Positions 55,917-64,000 of a stretch of 64,000 bases of DNA are shown here, in pieces (positions within the stretch are counted from its first letter, which is position 1; each line of letters opens with the position of its first letter). Source of the DNA: the human T2T-CHM13v2.0 reference genome, Homo sapiens. The notes below the pieces were generated by a model, which did not search any database, was not told the origin of the DNA, and worked only from the letters and a program-made list of their open reading frames with translations. The position numbers and the translations under genes are program-made. The stretch lies in NCBI RefSeq assembly GCF_009914755.1, contig NC_060931.1. The stretch is one strand, 5' to 3'.

Positions 55917-57900
55917 TGAAAGCCAAGAAGAGGAAGGGCTGTGGCAAAGAGCTATTCGAGAGAGGCCTGCTAGAGACCACTGCCACAATCAGATGGAAGG
56001 GGATGAGGCCGAGTTGAGGTGACAAAGAGAAAACAAAGGGCAGCCCATAGGGAGAAGGCTCAAGGAAGTCAGGGGTTGTGGAGGAAAAAGTCACTGGGAC
56101 TTCAGTCTGCAGACAGGCGTTCCAGCTCCGGCATGTCCACAGAGGAGCTGAGTATCAATCATTGTTCATTCCTCCCCTGCCAGGGACCCCAGCTTCCTCT
56201 GCAAATGGGTGACCACTAACGTGTGTTCCAGCTGTGTGATTCTCAGAGTCTGTGGGGCTTGATTCCACGTCTTCAGGACCGCATAACTAAGAGACCCATT
56301 AACTACATAGAGCTAAGAGGAGCAGGAAAGGCAGGACGGAAGGATGGCAGGTTTGTCTTTAGGCAAGTTGATAATGTGTGTGAAAATAGCAGGATATCTG
56401 ATTAGATATGACAGTTAAACAGATGGAAATATGAGACTCAGCAATCATCGATGGGTTATTTCCATAATCCATTATTTTTCTGTGTCCCGTATCACAGGCA
56501 ATAGGGAATTAACTATAGATATTTCTTAGACTACAACTTACAAGTGTGGGTATTTTCTGTTCACCTACATAAGCCATTCTCTTGAGTGTTATTCAGCAGT
56601 TGATTTTTTTATAAATTGCATGTAAGGACAGAATTAAAATGGGTTTCTATATTAAGGATCCTAAATGGTAAAATGTTTTTCTTCAAACCCCAATGGCAGA
56701 TTATTAATAGAAACATTGTTAAAAATATTTTGGATTGTCCTTTACCTCACCTGGAAAATTTTCAGACAGATTCCTGAAAGCAGTTATTACGAATATAGGA
56801 TTTATACATAAAAAGATCGTTATTTGACACTTTCACTTGCATTTTAAGGCGGAGGCACATCTGTCTGCAATATATTCAAGCACCAGCAAAGCAGGCCTTA
56901 TCTCTCCTCAGAATGTGTGACCAGAATAGGTCACAGATAAGTGGAGTGCTATGAATACTGGATCCCATCTTAGCAAGGAAATCACGAAAGGGTAACACAT
57001 TTGCCTTGTTTACACTGCAATTCCTAATATAAGTTGACATCAATAAGGAAGGATAAGCAGAGCACATAATTTTCATTTCTTTTGCCATCTTATCTTGGTC
57101 AGGTTAGAAAATCGTTAGTCATAGAAAATTTCTGGAAGGTACACACCGAAAAAAAAGCTTGACAGTGACTGCCTCAGGAAAGGGCAAGAGTCTGACAGGG
57201 AAGAGAAGCTTGCTTCTCACTTTAGAAGCAGAAGTCACTCTTAGTCATTCTTTGCAGTGAGCTTCTTTGATGGCAGAAGTCATTTCATGGGCTCTGGTGA
57301 CATGAAGGAATCTTCATTCAGGAAGCTTGCTTTTGGGGAGAGTAATTGCTGCATTGCTTCTTAAAATTGGTCATTTTCCTCTTGGCTCAATGTAACCTGC
57401 ACTTGATCACAGGTTTGGCTGGAAGTTTGTAAAATTCAGACACCTTTGAAAATAAACTGTTTAATTACAGTCATACATCACTTAACAGCAGGGATACATT
57501 CTGAAAATGTTGTTGTTAGGCAATCTTGTCACTGTGGACATCCTAGAGTGCGCTTACACAAACCTAGATGGTATAGCCTACCACACACCTAGGCTGTACG
57601 GTATGGCTATGGCTCCCAGGCTGCAAACCTGTACAGCATATTAACTGTACAGAATCCTGTAGGCAGTTGTAACACAATGGTATTTGTGCCTCTAAACATA
57701 TCTAAACATAGAAAAGGTAAAGTAAAAATACAATATAAAAGATTTAAAAAATAGTACACCTGTATAGCATACTTACAGTGAATGGAGCTTGAAGGACGGA
57801 AGTGGCTCTGGGTGAGTCAGTGAGTGAGTGACTGTGAGGCCTAGGACATTACTGTACACTAATGTAGAATATAAACACTGCACACTTAGGCTACACTAAA

Positions 57901-58329
57901 TTTTTTTTATTATTATACTTTAAGTTCTGGGGTACATGTTTACAATGCGCAGGTTTGTTACATTTGTATACATGTGCCATGTGGGTTTGCTGCACCCATT
58001 AACTCATCATTTACATTAGGTATTTCTCCTAATGCTCTTCCTCCCCCAGCCCCCAACCCCACTACAGGCCCCTGTGTGTCATGTTCCCCTCCCTGTGTCC
58101 ATGTGTTCTCATTGTTCAACTCCCACTTATGAGTGAGAACATGAGGTGTTTGATTTTCTCTTCTTGTGTTACTTTGCTGAGAATGATGGTTTCCAGTTTC
58201 ATCCATTTCATCCATGTCCCTGCCAAGGACACGAACTCATCCTTTATTATGGCTGCATAGTATTCCATGGTGTATATGTGCCACATTTTCTTTATCCAGT
58301 CTATCATTGATGGGCATTTGGGTTGGTTC
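57901..58329 (-). mobile_element. L1PA 3' end (5'-truncated)
   Basis: TTATTATACTTTAAGTTCTGGGGTACATG...CTCCCACTTATGAGTGAGAAC...GTGCCACATTTTCTTTATCCAGTCTATCATTGATGG. Confidence 0.93.
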
Positions 58330-58331
58330 GA

Positions 58332-58640
58332 TTTTTTTTTTTTTGAGATGGAGTCTCACCCTGTCTCCCAGGCTGGAGTGCAATGGCATGGAGTGCAATG
58401 GCACGATCTTGGCTCGCTGCAAACTCCTCCTCCTGGGTTCAAGTGATTCTTCTGCCTCAGCCTCCTGAGTAGCTGAGGCTACAGGCACGCACCCCTACAC
58501 CCGGCTAATTTTTTGTATCTTTAGTAGAGATGGGGTTTCACCGTGTTGGCCAGGCTGGTCTCAAACTCCTGACCTCATGATCCACCTGCCTCGGCCTCCC
58601 AAAGTGCTGGGATTACAGGCGTGAGCCACCGTGCCTGGCC
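58332..58640 (-). mobile_element. AluS (Sg-like) with an internal 15-bp duplication
   Basis: GGAGTGCAATGGCA occurs twice in tandem; GACCTCATGATCC. Confidence 0.92.
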
Positions 58641-59715
58641 TAATTTTATTTTTTTAAAGCAATTACACCTGACATTGTGACAGCTATGACATGACCAGTG
58701 ATAGGACTTTTTCAGCTCTATTATAAGCTTATGGGAACACCATTGCCTATGCATCCATTGTTGACTGAAACATCGCTATGTGGCACATCACTGTATGAAC
58801 AATATGTAATGAATGCAGAATACAGACACAGATGGAAAAGCATAATTCCCCATCTGGAGACACAGGTACACATAAAAATAAAGACATTAGATTGTGTTGT
58901 CTATGGTTCTATATCCTAGTGCCTCGTAGACAGTTTCCACACCATTAACATTTTTCTATATTTAATCACATGGATCTACCATCATTTAACACAAGCCTTT
59001 CTTGAACATGATGTTTATTGCCCGCTTCTTATTATAAAAATATTGAACAACTCAAATATCTCTCTTTTGTTTCCTTAAGATAATTCTGACAACTTTGTTA
59101 ATGATCTATTTTCAGAACACAGAAGGAATCTAGAGAGGAATGTAAATTCGTCCTTTGAGCCCTTCCTGTGAACTTGCTACATTTTTTTTTATCAAGTCTC
59201 CAGTGTTTGCAGAGAGAGGGTTAGCTGATTATTAACCCAAATTCAGTCTAAAACATGCAATTTTCAATCACAGCTTTAAGGAAACCCACAAGTGTACATT
59301 CCCAAATTGCAACATTGAAGAGCAGCTTGTTTACCAGTTGCTGAAAACTATTTTCTGAGGATATCTATTTTGTTTTGTCTGGAGAGCTAAATGTTTGAAG
59401 TTTTCACATTTACAATTATGATGAAAGCGATCGATATCAAAAGAAAAAGAAATCCTAAAAGTAGTCCCTACTACAAACTGGGTTTTACCCAATTATGGAA
59501 GAGTTGTTGCAGCATGTCTGGGGAAAGGCAGGCCACCAAGGGCTCTCTCTCCCCTCGCTCACCCCTTACCACATGTGCCCACACACGCACGTACACCCCT
59601 GAGAAACTTAATAAGACCAAAGGGGTCAAATGCCAGGAAATTAGAGTCATGTCATTTTGGTTTTAAATGGAAAATCAGTCCTGTAGTCATTTTCTGACCT
59701 TAGGAAAACAAAGCA

Positions 59716-60602
<887 letters not shown>

Positions 60603-62079
60603 TCAGTCACTCAGTTGCTGTCAGACGTCCCTCGGGATGGATTGTTTAGTACCAGTACAGGGCTTCAAGGATCCTAGCACATACTAAATCCTAGTTCAAA
60701 CAGACCCTCGGAATTTCCTCCAGCCCTGCCTGAAACTGTCTTCATCGCTGTCCATTCCTGGGCCCCTTGTTGGAGAAGGGCGTTTCCATCCAATCCTCCT
60801 GTTCTCCAGGCTCTGGTCTTTGAGCCATCCAGTACCAACCAACCCTTTGCAGACATTTCTGTGGCTCAGGGACGCAGCAAGCCGTATCTCCCCCTGTGTT
60901 ATTTCCTCTATCACACTCATATTAGGCATGAAGAATGTTTGTCAGTCAGTCATCTGCCTTTGGGCTAACTGGACTTCAGCTGGTTTCTGAAGTTTTTCAA
61001 TCTGGCTCAGCTTTACCCGTGAGTGGGTGACCTCAGAAGTAGGCACCATTAATGAATTTCCTGTGAAGGCCAGGAATAGAAGTGAGCCTCTTTCTGTTTC
61101 AAAGCCTTATTCATTTCTGGGTGATGCCCTGACAGTTAGACACTTTCACTCAGGGCGAAACAACAAATGTTTCCTGAGTCCAGTGCACAGCCAAGCCTTC
61201 CCGAGCTCAGCCAGCAGATCTGGCTGTTTCCCCAGTTTCCCTCTGTAATTTATCACTTAGATAACCTTCAGCTGGTGGGTCTCTGAGAATCCTGTCTTTA
61301 CAAGATCAATAATATTTTAAATACACGTTAAGGCAAACTGGCATGATTCCCTCCAAGAAAAAGAGACTTATAATTTCAATCCCAGAAAGCCTTTACATAT
61401 TTATTTATTTATTTATTCATGGAGAAAAAAGAGAAGTATGAGGATTCAATACTGCATAGTTTATTGATCAGCAAACTTTTCTTTCATCTTTTGCTTTGTA
61501 AACATTTGAGACTGGAATGTGCTGCTGCAGAAATACCAGCTTCTAAACCCTGGTGTCTGGCTTTGCCAGCTGAGCAGAGCTGAGATCTAATGACATCAAA
61601 GTGAGAAGTCCACCAAAGTGGCACAAAATCTACTCCCTTGTCCTTCAAGTAGGCCATGGGCAATAAGAAGGACCAGGAGAGAAAACAGATGCATCTGCAT
61701 CTCTACCCAACTTCCAGAAAAGCAGCAAAGACTACCACACACAGAGAGTGAACTGGTGGCCCCTGTCTGCATACAAAGGATGTTATCCTTGGGTGTGGAA
61801 TATGGAAGTGGGAACCAAAGGAAAATCAGCAATGCCTGTGTTTGTCATTAGGGATCGTTAAGTAATTTGCCCTACATTACGATCTGCAATATCACACATG
61901 GCCTATTCTTAAGTGGCCGTTTGGAACTGACTTGTCTAGACTTTGTAGCACTGGTCCTCATCACCTTCCTGAATTCTGTGTGAGTGAGTTTTATGCTGGT
62001 CTCAGAGGGAGAAATGTCTTTCCTTTTTTTTAAATCTGGATGTTTGAACTCTTTCTAAGTGTCTTACAAAATTATCATC

Positions 62080-62473
62080 TGTTACATTAAATTAAACTTG
62101 GCTTGAGGATGCCTTCATACTTTTGAGTCATTACGTAATGGATTGCCACCTCACTTGGGACATGAATTAACTGAAAGCCTAATTTGGGAGTATACTTTGG
62201 CAACAAAGGGTTGAGTCTCAGCCAATCACAACAGCCAAGCTTCAGTCAGTTGCAGGTGGCTAACTGATCAGACCATGTTCAAATAAGGCAAACACTGAGC
62301 TGCTTCCGTACCATGCTCCCATTCCCCAACCGTAAATGCTGCCTGCCCATGGTTGCAGAATGGAGCTCTCTCCTCCCTTTCTGGTTCTGGTTCTGAGTGA
62401 GGACCACCCCATTCTCACACCATTCTTTGATCAATTAAACTCTGTAAGTTTACTTTGTCTAAAGTCTTTAACA
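62080..62473 (+). mobile_element. ERV1 solo LTR, MER57-like
   Basis: TG...CA termini, AGCCAATCAC, TTCAAATAAGGCAAAC, ATTAAA signal; 4-bp TSD CATC/CTTC. Confidence 0.65.
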
Positions 62474-62785
62474 CTTCAAAATTCTTAACTATTTTAAAGC
62501 CTATTTTAGCATACTTTGACAAATATCATAGGATGAGTTACACTCTACATTAAATCCCATATATCTGGTGAATGTACTGCAATGTGGAAAATCTATAATG
62601 CCTCTATAGATTTTAACATCTTACTCTGCAAGGGTCTTAAAAAACAAAATGTATGTAGAATCACAGTGAGAATGTCCATTATCATGCTCTAGAACTGCAT
62701 AGTTTATTGATCAGCAAAGTTTTCTTTCACCTTTTACAAAGGTGATTTTTTTTAATTTACAAAATTTAAAATTGAGCTAAGTTAG

Positions 62786-63088
<303 letters not shown>

Positions 63089-63204
63089 AAAATTGAGCTA
63101 ATTTAGTTTAAAGTTAATCATCACAAGTATCAACTTTAGGCTAAGCAAGTTATTTATCTCTGAAGTTTTGTCAAAATGCCTAAGCTGAACCAAGATATTG
63201 GAAG

Positions 63205-63435
63205 CAGGCAGGCAGTGTGGAAGGAGTAAACAAGTGCTTTGCAGTCAAGTATTAGAATCCTGGTTATCCCCCTGTCTTACGGTTGTAAACCTGGGGAAAC
63301 TTTACTTTTCCTGGATCCTCAGATTCCCTATTTGTAAATTTTGGTTAATAATGCTTATCTTGCAGAATTTGTTAGGATATATAAGATGCTATGTGAACAG
63401 AAGCCAGCACAGTGAATGCAATAACAGGCATTCAA
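63205..63435 (+). mobile_element. MIR
   Basis: AACCTGGGGAAACTTTACTT...CCTCAGATTCCCTATTTGTAAA core. Confidence 0.6.
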
Positions 63436-63650
63436 GAAAGAATGAATGTAATCAATACTATTTAAACAAGAAGTCCATTATACATTTGGTACTAAAGTTC
63501 AATGCTACCTTGGAAAGTTATAGGCGTACCTTACCAATGATATTTATCTAGGATTTATCTCTCTTTAACAAATTTATGATGAGAAATGTTTCTTGGGCTA
63601 TTCAGTGTATTAATTTGATTAATATTCATGACTTTGACATGATCACTTCT

Positions 63651-63915
63651 TTTTTTTTGAAACAGAGCCTTCCTCTGTTGCCCAGGCCAGAGTGATTTCG
63701 GCTCACAGCAACCCCTACCTCCCAGGTTCAAGTGATTCTTCTGCCTCAGCTTCCCAAGTAGGTGGGATGACAGGCATCTGCCACCACATCTGGCTAAGTT
63801 TTGTATTTTTAGTAGAGATGGGGTTTCACTATGTTGGCCAGGCTGGTCTCAAACTCCTGACCTTGTTATCAAGGTCTCAGCCTCCCCAAGTGCTAGGATT
63901 ACAGGCGTGAGCCAG
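63651..63915 (-). mobile_element. AluS with small deletions
   Basis: Alu consensus in reverse. Confidence 0.87.
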
Positions 63916-64000
63916 ATGGCTTTCTTAACCATAGTATAGCACATCATCAACTCTACTTAGACACTTTTGTAAGCTTTCTTTTCCATCACTTTTTTACTTT

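Larger units (their letters stand above)
57468..58793 (+). mobile_element. Tigger3/MER7 (Golem) DNA transposon, interrupted by L1 and Alu
   Basis: TA-CAGTCAT...ATCACTG-TA termini; ACAAACCTAGATGGTATAGCCTAC. Confidence 0.82.

Noticed and set aside
58116-58307. ORF resembling the L1 ORF2 C-terminus ([17 protein letters not shown])
   Set aside because: Short 5'-truncated L1 remnant, not autonomous.

Overview
Human-type genomic DNA lying entirely inside the HECW1 (NEDL1) gene, + strand, a NEDD4-family C2-WW-HECT E3 ubiquitin ligase. Nine consecutive coding exons splice in frame with GT-AG junctions: 10032-10174, 14557-14657, 16246-17598, 22855-22956, 28326-28476, 35689-35828, 38476-38597, 40949-41134 and 51639-51773 (2433 nt, 811 codons; exons 9-17 by my recollection of RefSeq numbering). 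They encode the end of the C2 domain, a long acidic disordered linker with a (SCYSx)7 repeat, WW1, the helical region and WW2. The start codon and HECT domain lie outside the window. The rest is intron: about 20 Alus (including a young AluYa5), a solo HERV-H LTR7, other LTRs, L1/L2/MIR fragments, DNA transposon relics and microsatellites. Most entries in the ORF track are Alu or simple-repeat artefacts. I found no convincing new multi-gene system. The best leads are a coding 15-bp Cys/Tyr/Ser minisatellite inside an exonic CpG island overlapped by a ~210-codon +1 ORF with a strong Kozak start, a near-consensus intronic CTCF site, a NAGNAG acceptor, a symmetric cassette exon abutting WW1, a candidate 60-nt cryptic exon, a (GGAA)14 microsatellite, an Alu-L1 composite nested in a Tigger, a poly(A)-only insertion with a perfect TSD, and a 42-bp duplication 1.2 kb apart. 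Repeat subfamily names come from remembered consensus sequences and need RepeatMasker confirmation.
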